NCBI GenBank assembly: GCA_907165135.1
Contig: OU015567.1
Location: 1,550,001 to 1,614,000 of the forward strand
Source of the DNA: Oikopleura dioica
Taxonomy: Eukaryota > Animalia > Chordata
Direction: 5' to 3'
Length of the DNA stretch: 64,000 bases
The notes under the pieces were generated by a model that saw nothing but the letters and a program-made list of their open reading frames with translations, was not told where the DNA came from and did no database searches. Below, one piece after another: positions 47,590 to 59,889 of this stretch. Made by a program: the position numbers and the translations under genes. The stretch's first letter is position 1, and each line of letters opens with the position of its first letter.

Positions 47590-49961
47590 AAATTACGCTG
47601 AACTTGACCCTACAAGGAACAGTAATTAACAGGAGATGCAAAAATAATCGGCTGAGTGACCTTCCATCTCTGATTTCCAACAATCTCAGTTCTTATTATT
47701 TCTTCGTCAGAGCCTGTTTTAAAGCTTTCAATTAAAATTTGTTTCGGATATGCGATTTAGTGACATTTTTTGTCCCGAAATCATCAAAAATCAGCGCTTA
47801 CAATAAAGTTCAGTTGAAACTCTGGCCTAATTCGATCCGTTGAATTAAGAATTGAAATGTACCGGATGTTCCAGGAAATACGTAAATATTGTCTCCAAAT
47901 AAAATTGCAGAGGATTTAGATAATCTCTTAATTGATAAACGTGTAAGTATAAGACTGTGAAATTCACAGTGTGAATGACAAAAATGCATTGAGAAAAATT
48001 TTTACCCTTGAAAGAGCGCCGATTAACAACCAATCGTTTTTATTGAGCTGCCAAATTTCATTGAGTTGCATCCAAGTGTTATCATCTCTTCCTCCAATTG
48101 TCAAAAGATTTCCTGAAGGCAGTCCGACAGCAGAAAAATCAATAATTGTTCTTAAATTCTCCTGAGAAAATTTACGTTTTTTTTGTTTACCTTGGATGCT
48201 CTGTTAAAATAATCCAACCATCTTCTGTCAACATCTCTGTTCAGGGCAGGGATGTCAATCAACAAAATTATTTTTTTCGAAGGTTGATTTTTTTAACCGC
48301 TGATCACCAAAAAATTTGGCTATGTCAGACGGAAAATTTTTTCGATTTACATCCCTGAATCCACGTGCTGAAAATCCCCCTATTATGGTAGGATGATTGT
48401 TGTAGAAACCTAACTCTCCTGCCTGATGGCCTTGATGAGTTTTAAAAGTTGTTTTTACTGAGAATCCATTGAATATCTGACATTCTTTCTCGAGATGGAA
48501 AGCAGAACAGATAAGAGCTTAAACAAACATTTAGCTTTTATCAGTATTTTTTCGACAGACAAAACCTTTGCTCCCTTTGTCGATCGATAAAGCTGAATGT
48601 TCTTTATAAAAGTCAAAAGAAAGTTTGACAGCAAGCTCTGTAAATTGACAGCCATCAAGTCGGGCTATCTACAAGTATATGAAAAAATTCAAGCTTTTTT
48701 TCATGTTGAATTACTTTGAAGAAGCCCGAGTCTCCTCCAAAAACATGCAGCTGATCATTAACAAGTGCGTGTCGCGAGTAGGTAAGATATTGAGAAATGT
48801 TGGCACTGAAGTAAAACGGAGGTGAAAATGATATTTTGTTTTGAATCGATCCGTCCGGTAATAAAGCATAAGGCTGATACGAATCAAAGCTTGGAAGCAT
48901 CACACTTATTTGAGAAGTGGTTTCGGAAGTGTAGAGAAAGTTTTTAATTGCAATTGTCCGATCTGACTTGAAAATTCGGATTTTGCTGTTCTCGACACTA
49001 TCAAGTCCGGTTAATGCGATTTTTGAGACATTTAGGCGCTTCTTTCGAGTTCTTTATGAGTTTTTAAAAGAAATCGAAAAAATATATTCTCGAGAGTAAT
49101 CGAACTATTCCTCATAAACTTCGATAAAATACGATTCTGCAGAGCTGTTCGATTTCAAGGAAAATCCGATTTCTGTCAATTCTGAGATATTTGAATTTAG
49201 CCAAAGCAGGTTATCAAAATAATCTGAATCCATCCAAATCGACCCATTTTCATTAATTCCCAAATTCAAAAATTTCGTTCCATCAAAAAAATCGAATTCC
49301 AGAATCTTAGCATTTTTGAAAGAGCTTGGCGCTTGCTGAAAATCTATTTCGAATTCAAATTTCTTTGTTCCGTTCAGTTCCAGCTCAACAGTCGAGATAT
49401 GATTTAACTCTTCCAATGTGTAGAAATGAGAATCAGGAATGATTGTTTTGTGATAAAAGCTTGGCCGCCGAAACCGAGGCTGGGCAACTGCATTTTTCGC
49501 AAACGCTGGAAAAACATCGTCGTGAAAAGAGAAATAGGGATTGCTTGTAACGAGCATTTTCTTCTTGTTTGTTCTTTGCACGAATTCGAGGTCAATTTTA
49601 TCTAGAAGGATACGATTGACTTCATCAAAATTAGCCGTAATAAAAGTTATTTCATATCCTTTCCGAAATGAAACTCGATCGAAAAAACAAAATCGAAAAC
49701 ATAATTTTGAATGATAATTTTTTCATCGTAAATGACTCCATTTCCAAAGTACTCGCATTCATCGTTTATCAACCCGCCCGTATTTGTATAAAAAGGATCG
49801 TCTTCTGCAAACAATTTTGAATAACAGAAAGATTTTTCTTCGTAATGAACAAGAGAACCGATCCACTCGGTTCCGAGGGTAATAAATTTTCCTTCGGCCT
49901 CAAATAAAACGGAGTACAGAGTGTTTGAGAGTGCAATGCTTCTGGAAACAAGAATCAGCAT
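47590..49961 (-). CDS. Kelch/beta-propeller-like repeat protein (lineage-expanded type)
   Basis: HALVNDQLHVFGGDSG, GFYNNHPTIIGG, VGLPSGNLLTIGGRDD...WLLIGAL, ILFGDNIYVFPG; exons 49105-49581 and 48650-49060 join in frame via a GT-AG intron. Confidence 0.6.
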
Positions 49962-50006
49962 TAGTCGGCCAACATCGATCTTTTGTTGAGTTCAAAATTT
50001 AAAAAT

Positions 50007-52900
50007 TTAAGCATTCTTCAATGGCTCATTGACAATGAGCACCCTGATTAGGGTTATTACAGTAAATACAGAACTCGTTCCAGTGGTACGACATGAACCG
50101 GGTCCAAGTCTCTTAATTCTGCCGGCAGCCCTAAGTCGCTTTTTCTCCAACCCTTTTCCAATTCTTCGCTCTTTCTGATACGATTTAGAGCAATTGTTGT
50201 TGAAAGTTTTATCCATTTTTCGCCCAATCGAACACTCATTAGGTAGAAACGTCCTTTGAAGCTGACAGATGATGTTTTTGCATTGAAATGATTGCTGGCA
50301 ATGTAGCCCTGCGCTTCTTCGAACCGGTTCAAATTGTAATTGAGAGCGTAATAAAAACATTTATCGGGCTTTCCAGTCGGAGAGCTGTACTGCGATCAAA
50401 AATCATAGTAAACTTTGATTTTTTTCTAAATATTTTGACCATTTCAGATGACGACGACTGGAAACACCTTTTTGTCTTTGTCTTTCAAGCGAATTTCAAT
50501 GTAATGGGTTCCGATTGAAGATCCAAAACAGAGTTCGAAATCTATGGGAGTAAAATTGGGAGCTCCCAGAATACATACAACGATGGTGTTGCTACTTAGA
50601 GTTTACTTAAGGGATCCCCCCCCCCGTTTTTGCCATTTTCAACGGCAAACTACTTTTTTTTGGGCTTACAATTTCAAGCGTGCAATAGCGCAAATGAAAG
50701 CTCGTTCATAGCGGGTAATTCTCTAGTACAGAAATAAAATTCCGTATACGCAAACCTACCACATGGGGGCGCTGAAGTTAGCGTATTTTGAAAAAACGCC
50801 GTTTTGGGCCATTTTCAACGGCAAACTACTTTTTTTTGGGCTTAGCTAGAATAAATCTGCGACTAGATTTAGAAAGAGTAGAGTTTAATCTCAAAACTCT
50901 AGTACAGAGAAGTCGTTTGGTCAAGTAAGAAAAAATTTTTCTTAGGAATAACTTTTTGATGCCATTTTGGCACATTTTTGACTTTTAATTGCTCTCTAGC
51001 GCCGATTTATGGCCAGAAATTCTAGTGCGGTTCTCATATTCTTATTCAGTGCATCCTAAGCTTTCGATAGACCCCTAATATGACTATTTTCGATCACTTT
51101 GAAAAGTCGAAAAAATTGCGATTTTTACGTTAAGTACAATTTACATGCATTTTTGCAATTTTTGAAGGCCGAAATTTCGGGGATAGATGTTCGTAAAGGG
51201 GTCATGTGACACATAAAAATGATCCTCAGAACGCGAAGAATCTAAAAATGTCAAATATAGACCCGTATCAAAGACTTACAAAAACAGGGGGGATCCCTTA
51301 ATAAATAAAAAACTTTCGAAAATTTTTGAAATTTGAAAAAAGGGAGCAAAATTGGGAGCTCCCAAAGGGAGCTCCCTTTTTTGGGAGCAGGGAGAGAGCA
51401 GGAGCACGGGTTTTTTACGAGGGAGCTCCCTTTTTTCAGGGTGAGGGAGCAGGGAGGGAGCGGGAGCACGGATTTTCTACCAGATTTCGAACTCTGATCC
51501 AAAATGAAAGACGAAGAGACCTCTTATAATAAGAAAAATATAATAAGAAAATAATTAATTATTATTGAGGGACTTACATATATTTAAGCCGATTCGGAAC
51601 ATAAGTCGGAGCATCACCGTTTTCCTTGACTCTCATTAAATTTCCTATTGCATCGACCAAGTAATGCTCCCCATTTAGAAAAGTTGCTCCTGTTGACTAA
51701 CGCGTTTTGAATGATTAATAAGCTATCAATTATATATGGTACATATGATATATAATATATCATATGAAATATCTGAGAAGATTCAAAAGTACAGAAAAAC
51801 TCTTCATCAAAACCGTTCATAAGAAAACAAAAAATCAGAAGCATTAATGTTCTGTGCTCGCGATTGGCGATTAAGATCGCCAAGAAAAATCGGAAAATCT
51901 TCTTTTTCAATCTCTCGGCCAATCCAGCGACCAGTTATCAATTCAATATCCCCGTTAAACTCTTTTTCGATTCTGTCTTCGGAATGACTTTTGGGAAGAG
52001 TCGAATTCGAGTCGCGATCTTCCGATTTCTGCAAATCAAATACAGGTACTAGTCTCTGACGGGACGTCAATTTCTCACATTCGTAAAAAGAACAAGGACA
52101 TCCACCTGGACAGTATTTTTGATAAGGACAATTCTCGCCGGCAGAATCGGAAGATCGAGTTAACTCAAAGCAAAATGATTCACAGGGTGAGATCGAGCTT
52201 CTCCTTGTTGATTTCAGTACGAGCGTATTTGAGCAAAGATGGCGACAGATTTTTTGGTCGTAAAACTTTTTCTTCTGGCATCGAACCAGATTTGCTTCGT
52301 TTTCATCTTTTGAAAAAATTAAGGGTGCGGGCTTGGCTTGATCGATTTTAGAAACTGGCTCAGGAAGGATGAACTCTTCAGTTTCATGGCATTGCTTCAT
52401 CAAATGCCCACAGTAATCCATCGTTGCAATTTGAACGCATTTTTTGTAGTTTCTGTGGCAGGTCGACGTCAGAAAAGTAGTTACTCCTCGAGACTTTTCA
52501 AGAGAATACCAGTTCGCTGAAAAATGTAAGTGTAGAAGAAGAAGAGCAAAACGCACTGATGAGGATGATGGTTATCCAGAATATCGAACCAGTTCCAAGA
52601 TAGAACTGCTGCTGAGAAGGCGTTGAAAAGCCATGTCCAATGGGATTTAATCTCCTCTTGATTAATTTCCATGTTGGTGGTTTTTTGTAGTCTTGTTTTT
52701 GCGTGCGTATACTTCTCGTCGTTAAAACACTTTCTGGGAACAAATAGACGGTATCACCTTTTTGCTTGAGAATACCAATACATTGGCAATCCAAGCACTT
52801 TAAAATTCGTCTCACTCATTATTTAATATTTTTCTGTTTTACCTGAATTTTAGGTTGCTCCAACGCACTTGCCTTAGCTTCTCTTTCCTCCTCAATAACC
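50007..52900 (-). CDS. Type II membrane-like protein with Cys-rich CPYQKYCPGGCPC module and degenerate propeller-like region
   Basis: Hydrophobic GSIFWITIILI joined via an intron to ORF 51807-52556; further exons at 50007-50520. Gene limits approximate. Confidence 0.5.
50611..51297. mobile_element. MITE with TTAA TSD and GG termini (Kolobok-like signature)
   Basis: TTAA|GGGATCCCCCC ... GGGGGGATCCC|TTAA; internal ~38-bp direct repeat GCCATTTTCAACGGCAAACTACTTTTTTTTGGGCTTA at ~50632 and ~50807. Confidence 0.85.
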
Positions 52901-53094
52901 ATGCCGAGTGATCTCTTCGGAAAAAAAACAAACTCTGACAAAAAAATGCCAATTCGTGAGAAGCGTCGTCCGACTGCTTGTCTGACACTTGGACAGTATG
53001 TCTCCGGTCTTATGTCAGTTTCTTTGCTTCACCTTTCCCAACGCTTATTTTTATTAGAGTAAATTGTTGTACTCATCGACTGGTTACGAAGCCG

Positions 53095-53400
53095 TCAAGC
53101 TAGAATTGTCTTCTATGATTTCAATACTATCATTTTTATAAATTGGGATGTCAGGTGTATTAATACCTCTTAGAGTTGCAAACGAGAACTACCTATATGA
53201 ACCCAGTTTCTGTAGTTAAGGGCTCAGCACTATTGGAACAGAGACTATATTTTTAAAACTTCAAAATTTCTTATAGTTTATTTTCGTTTTTGAAATTTGG
53301 GTCCTCCGATCGTGCGGAAACCTAGTTGTTGTTGTTACTTTTGTTGTTCTTGCCGGCGATGTGATGGTCGTTTAGATCGGGAAATCAATCCGAAGTTCTT
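53095..53400 (-). pseudogene. Degenerate fragments of the mucin-like gene's repeat exon
   Basis: AATTGTCTTCTATGATTTCAATACTATCAT at ~53103 matches ~45510; the Thr-rich stretch at ~53320-53395 resembles 45590-45670. Confidence 0.6.
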
Positions 53401-53750
53401 TCAGAGGTTGATTATTTTAACAAAAAAAAATAGGTCAAAAAACTCCTGATAAGGAAAAATTATTCTAGCTTTCGCGTAATAAAACAGAAAAATGACGGAA
53501 CATGGCACCCAGCATCACCGAAAGTAAAATAAACGAGTAGCTTTGTGATAGCGGCGGCAGCTTTTTTAAAATATCAAGCGTATTTTTGACACTTTCTCAT
53601 AATTTGACTCTGTCAGTTTTTACAGGATTTTATAATAAAGAAAAATCCTGCTCCTGAAATTAACTCAAAACAATAGAAGAGGAAGCAATTTTTGTTAAAA
53701 AGCATTTTATAAACAGGCACAAGCGTTAACTAAACAGAATAGAAAAAATA

Positions 53751-55274
53751 TTACAGTCCGAAAAGAAATTCCAGCGAGTCTTCAAAATCATCCATCGGGC
53801 ATGTTTCTAGGCAACTACTGGTTGGTTTTGGAGGTTTCGCAGAAACAGGCGGGCTTAATTCTGCAAGCTTCTTTTTCGCAAATTTCGGGCTGTTCTCGGG
53901 TGATGGCGGTAATGAGCAAATTGAACTGGTCGTTGAATGGCCGGCAGAGTCCAGTCCGGAATTGGAACCATTAGGAACCGGGGACGGGATATTGGAGAAA
54001 TACTCTGAAAACGAATCTTTCGTCTCCAAGGGTTGATATTTTGCCGGCGGCGAAATTGGTTTCTCGATGTATTGAATTTGAGGATCTTGATATACAGGTT
54101 GAGTGTGAACGAGTGGTGAAACTGGTTGAGCTGGATGGTTTATTGGAGCAATAGACGCTGGCTGAGCTGGAGGTGGCGCGACGAGCGGCTGCTTGAGGGG
54201 TTCTTTCGGTTGATTTGGTGTCCTGAAGTATTGTTGAGGTCACGTATTGATGAAAGTGCAGTTTTAGGAATAATAAAATTAGTTATTCTTGTTTAGCTAA
54301 AGCTTGAAATGAGAGCCGAGATGATATATATTTCTTTTCTAAATACCACAAAAACATGTACTAATGGCAGGGGTAGTAAGATAGACTTGCCCTAAATTCA
54401 CCAGTGATGTGAAATTCATAAATTATCCCTTTGCCCTGTAGCTATTCGCTTTAACCAAAGGTAGTCGCTGTCTATTTAACGCTATCTTTCATCAACAACA
54501 TTGTCACTGATTATTTTTATTGTCAATAAATCATGAATGATGAAAATTTTCAAACTCAAGAAAAAAAGTCAAACCTTGATGTGTATTTTTCAATCAGCGC
54601 CTTCAATCGCATATTGATCGTCCTCTGAATTTCATTTTCCAATTCAAGTTCCAAAAATCGCCTCTCCAAATCCGCTTCTTTTTGCTTTGCCCGTTTGCGT
54701 GCTTCTAGCGCTGAGGCACGATTCTTCATCTTTTTTTCGAGCTCTTTGGGCGACGCGGCTTGAATCGGTCGACCGCAGGGGACGACGAATAAATTACCAT
54801 CTTTTCGTTGCTGTTTGACGGGAGTGTACTGAAGTAAACCTGGTTATTTGCTCACGCAAAAGAATGCTCTAAATAATCAGGGAGAATTTGACCCAGAAAA
54901 TGGGCAAACGGAGATCAAAGGGGTTTTTTTCGAAGATTCATAGTGGGAATCGACTTTAATTTGAGGGGTTTCGGCTCGAATCGACATAAAATGTCCGAAA
55001 AATAAGTCAATTTTCGTGACAAAAAAGCGAAAAATTAATTTTCAAAATCGTGGCAATTTTTCAATCAATTCCCGCCTGCTCCTTATTTTTAATAATCCGT
55101 ATTAAAATTCTTGTAGTTTTCAAGTCTTCAAAATTCCATCAGAAATAAACCTGAGGTTATTAAAAAAGACCAGAGGCAGTTAATGATTACGTCAAGTCGC
55201 TATAATTGGTACAATAGTATTTGACCGATGGTTACCTGTTTCAGCTCGCCGGTATTTCTTTTCAAATATTTCAT
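53751..55274 (-). CDS. bZIP transcription factor with Pro/Gln/Ser-rich C-terminus
   Basis: Spliced: MKYLKRNTGELKQ|YTPVKQQRKD|AASPKELEKKMKNRASALEARKRAKQKEADLERRFLELELENE...; basic N-x7-R motif plus zipper; last exon ends MDDFEDSLEFLFGL*. Confidence 0.8.
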
Positions 55275-56503
55275 TTTTTTCGATTTTTTTACTTTTTTCG
55301 ATTTTATTCTCTGTCTTCTTCAAAGTGTCTTTGTGACTGTTAGAAAATGTAGGTCTATTGCTTTAATATCTATGTGCGTTCTATGTGTGTTCCGCGTTAT
55401 CATTGAACAAGCGCCACCATGCGCCGCGGCAGTGCTAGAATCGCTGAAAACGCACGCGCGGTTACGTGATACCAGCGTGCTACCACCAACTCCAAAGCTT
55501 TCTTCAAACTGTCGCAAGAAGGGGTCAAGTTTTGATATGCACTTATTATAGAAAGAAGATGGAGAAAAAAGTTTTTTCTTCATGTCTGTAACATTCATCC
55601 TGATTTGCAAAATAAGGGTTTCGCTTCAATAAGGTTAAGATAAGAGTAGAATTTTAAAAAAATAAAAAAAAAACAGAGCTGCACTATGCCGGCTTCACGC
55701 AGTAAACAGCGTGAATGTCTCTCATAAAATCTCGCTGAAGGCCCTTGAAAAAAACAGGGATCAAGTTGTTCAACACTCAAGTTGATTGTCTCGACATAAG
55801 GTGCCCTTTGCCGGTTTTCACGCTGTATGACATTCGATATTTCCATACTTGAATTTCGAAACTCTTCACTTTTTTTTTACCTACGTTAGTTCAAAATTTA
55901 CCTGTACGGCATCAATTATAGTAGCGATAGCGCCAATTTTTAACATTTTCGGGCATTTAGTTTCTTACAAGAACAATAATTGGTGTGGTGATTAACGATT
56001 AATAAAGACCTTTTAGAATATTATGAAGTGGTGAAAATCTATCACCAAGAGAGGATGCAAAAAGAAGGATTGAATTCGACACGGAAGCTCGTTTATCAAT
56101 CGCGCGTAATGAAGAAACATAGATTTATAATGGGATTTCAGCGTTTTCTAAAGGTCGAATCAGCGCGCTAGAATTTCACGACAACCGTACCACTTCAGTT
56201 ATCGTCGATTAACAAAGAGGTACAGCGCTTTTCTGTCGATAGTATCGCGCTAAAAACGAGTCAAAAGGGCAAAATTTATCGCGAGAAGAAACCATAACTA
56301 AGTTTATCATCTAATTTTTAAAGAATTTTTTTAACAGGACCATCTCGGACGAATCCTTTTTATTAAAGCATTACCATGGTAAAACGTACTGTAGATAGAG
56401 ACTTTTTCATTAATTTTTGACAAAAATAAAATGACGAACTCGGCTTTATAAAAACATGGAGTTTATTTCTATATGTACAAAAATCCAAACGTCGCCACGT
56501 TTT

Positions 56504-59500
56504 TCAAAGATTAAGGAATTCCTCGGAGCAGGGAGCAAGTCCATCAACAATTTCTCCATTTGCGCAGCAGCTTAAAGAATTATCTTATTTAAAAGTTTAA
56601 AGCCAAAACTTAAAAACTTTAAAAACGCAAAACGTAAACCGTCGAACATGCTAAAAATATTTGGCGTGTTTGTGAAACAAACAAGTTTACCGTTGTCCTT
56701 CGCGGTAGTATCTGAAATCGGGTGCTTCTCCGCAGCATCCAGCTATTTTACCGTAAACACTCAGTGCTTAGATGATGTTTTATGAAGTGTTTTCAATAAC
56801 AAATACGCTCGTCTAAGCAGATTATTTGCGGTTTTGCTTTTTTTTGAGAAACACGCTGTTATCTTCTCAAAATTCAAATTGGACCAATCAGATTGCCGCA
56901 TTTAGGCGTTAGGCCTATCAGATTTCAGAAAAATCTATGACAAATCAGATTTGTTTTTTGTCGCTTCTTGAAACCCTAATCCTAACCCTAACTAACTAGC
57001 AGCGAAACTAAAGTACTCGTTAAAACAGTTCCTGGCTGATTAATCCTCTGCGTCCTGCTCTGTATCATATTCGCCAAAGCAGGCGGCCCCCTCCGGCTCG
57101 CGAAGCTAGAGCCACTTGAGTGATTTGCATCTTCCTTAGGAGCTGCCAAGCACCGTTCTTCCCTGTCAAAGTCGCCAAAATTCCATTTGTGATGGTTTTC
57201 GACCGTCCACTCGTTTTCGTGCTCAGCAAGTTTTTCAGAAAGCGCTAAAAACAAAACTTTTCGCGAGAAACGTGGCGTACAGCCGATTTGTCTGCTAGAC
57301 AATTATTTTGACGATAAATATTTTGACTTTTCATGAATTTACCTTTGTCACATTCGCATCTGTTTCTAGCGCATGTTCCAATTGGATCGCGGCAGTAAAG
57401 AACCGTGCGACCGTTGATATCCTTTTCAAGTTGAAAACAAGCATTTTAAGGGCGTAAGCCGGTTTGTTCGCAAATTTGCCTTTTGAGTTCGTTCGAAGAG
57501 TTTTTTTTTTAATTTTTTTTTATCAATCGAGTTTACATCATTGTTCGGTTAACTTGTGCGAGACAAGATAAGATAGCGCGTAATCAAAACAGCGCTAGGT
57601 TCAACCGATCCTTGGAACCGCGAATGCTGTAACGTGTCTTGATCCCTTCTTCTTCGTCGCAACCCATTCCGCGAAACGGCGCTGGGTTGTATAAACCTGA
57701 ATGTGTGTTATCGCTCAAACTTTTTTTCAGTTTTACAAAAAGTTTTAAGTATTGATGTTTCAAGCTGATCTCAATGTTGATTTCATGAAAAAGGCCGCGC
57801 TCAGCAACCTGTGTAGAAAACCTGATTCAGGATCTGGAAGAGCTGAAATGAAAAGCCGCGCTGCGGCTTTTTTTTAAGAATGAAGCCGCAAAGCGGCTTC
57901 GCTAGAATTTTTTCGATGTTGTAATGGAAATATTCGCGAAGCCGCTAAGCGGCTTTCATTTCAGCTATTTCAGACCCTGACTCAGGTTTTCTACACAGGT
58001 TGTTGAGCTCAGCTCTCGGCTTAAGGAAATAAGTAGCTTCTCAATCTTGAAAAAAGTCGCTAAGGAATGAGAAAATTTACTTACAGTTGTAGCACTTGGT
58101 GTACTCCTTGCAAGAATTATCAATATTGTCCACCGGCTCTCCATAAGGAATCAACCCAGCTCCGGTTGGCAAACACCAGCACCCATAAAAACAGTATTTC
58201 CCGATTTGCTTTCTTTTCTGCAAGGCCATTATCGTGTACTTCAACTGTAAATACTACTTTCAAGCTCTAACACGAAGAAAACCATCCGGTCAACACAATT
58301 TACATTGTTCTTTTTGAGCTTTTCTTGAGCATGTGAAGCTTGTCGTCGGGGGACAAGGAGACGGCTCCAGTTCGGCGAGAGATTTTTGAGACCTTGTCTG
58401 GATGATCCCTTTTTTCAGGTAAGCAAAATTTTTTAATAATAAATCAATTAATAGATCGAACTCTCGTGCCACGATTAATTTCGGAAATGGCTTGTGTGTT
58501 TTATCATCAAAGTGAAAGTCACTAATGATTTTGACCATAAACGAACCTAAATTAGACGGCAGTTGTTCAAGCTCGTGTTTTCTCCCAAAGAACGTATGTT
58601 TTCCATTGGGTTAGAGCGGTCTAAGAGCCCCTTCCACTGAAATTCAAAAGCCGAATAATTTTATCTGCCCTAAATTATGGTGTCTAATTTGAACTGTCGT
58701 AATTCATGGTCTTGAATATTAAAATCCTCACAGGTCAGCATTTAGGCTAAATATCTTTTCGGCTTGTACTTTGGGTTCAAAAATATCTCAATTTTGAACT
58801 AACAAAATACTGAAAAATATAACAAGAAAAAAATCATGAGATTTCACGAAAACAAAAATGAGATCATTTTTCTCGACACAAATAAACTCGACCTTGCCGC
58901 GACCTTACACGTTAGTAATTTTACTATTGAAATATCTAAGCGATCAAACTCTAGAATTTCAGACTAATCGCGCGTATTTACTGGCAGAAATTCAGTAACA
59001 ACCGTTAGCAGCAAATTTTTAACACGAAAAGACTAAAAACTGTTTGGGATTCAGGTGGTTTCGTCTGCTAGACAAAATGCCAGGTATGTTTTTTTCAGCG
59101 CATATTTCGCGGCTCGCTAATTCTATTTAGTTTGTATGCAAATACGAATTCGTATTGGTAGCGGGAACTATTTTCTTTTTTTGAGAAAAAAATGAAAATA
59201 TCATTAGCACTCTTTTTTGTCAGTCTAAACAGGGCTCACTTGAAAAGGGGAAATAAACTACTAGCTAGACGGATTATGATTAGCCTCTCTCGCTATTGAG
59301 AAATAGCTCTCGCGAGCTGTCTGCACGGCAAATTTCATGTTTAGAAAATTCCCCGCTTTTTGATTCTTGCCGACCTGTGTTCCTTTGGTAAGCTTCGAGG
59401 ATTCCGTGAAAATGGTCTTCGGTGTTGAGGTCATCAAATTCCATGCTCTCCTGTTTTTGGGTTTTTGAAAGAGATAAGCACTTTTTAAATGGACGAGAAA

Positions 59501-59889
59501 TGATAAACCAAGGTTTAAGAGAAGACACTTGAATTATGTAAAAATGAGATAGAAGAGATAAGTCCCTTAAATTGTATGTTTATGCTTACAAAGCACTAGT
59601 TTTAGCACAAACTTCAGGCAAAAATAAAAGAATCAAAAGTGCTTGAAGATAAGATCAATTGCCCTAAAATTGAATAACCACGTTTTCCTATACATTCTAG
59701 CGCTCCTTATCTTTTGAATAATTCAGTCGAGATTCTAGCGATAGCGCTTATCAAAGAACAGACAAAATCTAAAACCCTTTGCTTGAGTCCTTCTTTGACC
59801 TCATTCTCAAAATTCTTCCAAAACTGCTGTCCTCCCAAAATCTCGTATTGTCCAAAAACGGACGTTAAAAAGAAAAGCTTCAATTTCAT
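56504..59889 (-). CDS. Secreted phospholipase A2-fold protein lacking the catalytic His-Asp
   Basis: FYGCWCLP...GEPVDNIDNSCKEYTKCYNC; YCRDPIGTCARNRCECDK; CCGEAPDFRYY; CCANGEIVDG...*. The signal-like first exon MKLKLFFLTSVFG at 59889 is an inferred link. Confidence 0.75.
57799..58008. mobile_element. Palindromic MITE in an intron of the PLA2-like gene
   Basis: GCTCAGCAACCTGTGTAGAAAACCTGATTCAGG ... CCTGACTCAGGTTTTCTACACAGGTTGTTGAGC. Confidence 0.85.

Noticed and set aside
53751-54243. XBP1/HAC1-style unconventional splicing suggested by overlapping ORFs 53971-54243 and 53751-54029
   Set aside because: A canonical acceptor (ttcag at ~54225) joins the bZIP exon in frame to the terminal ORF. No frame switch is needed, and I saw no convincing paired CNGCAG stem-loops.
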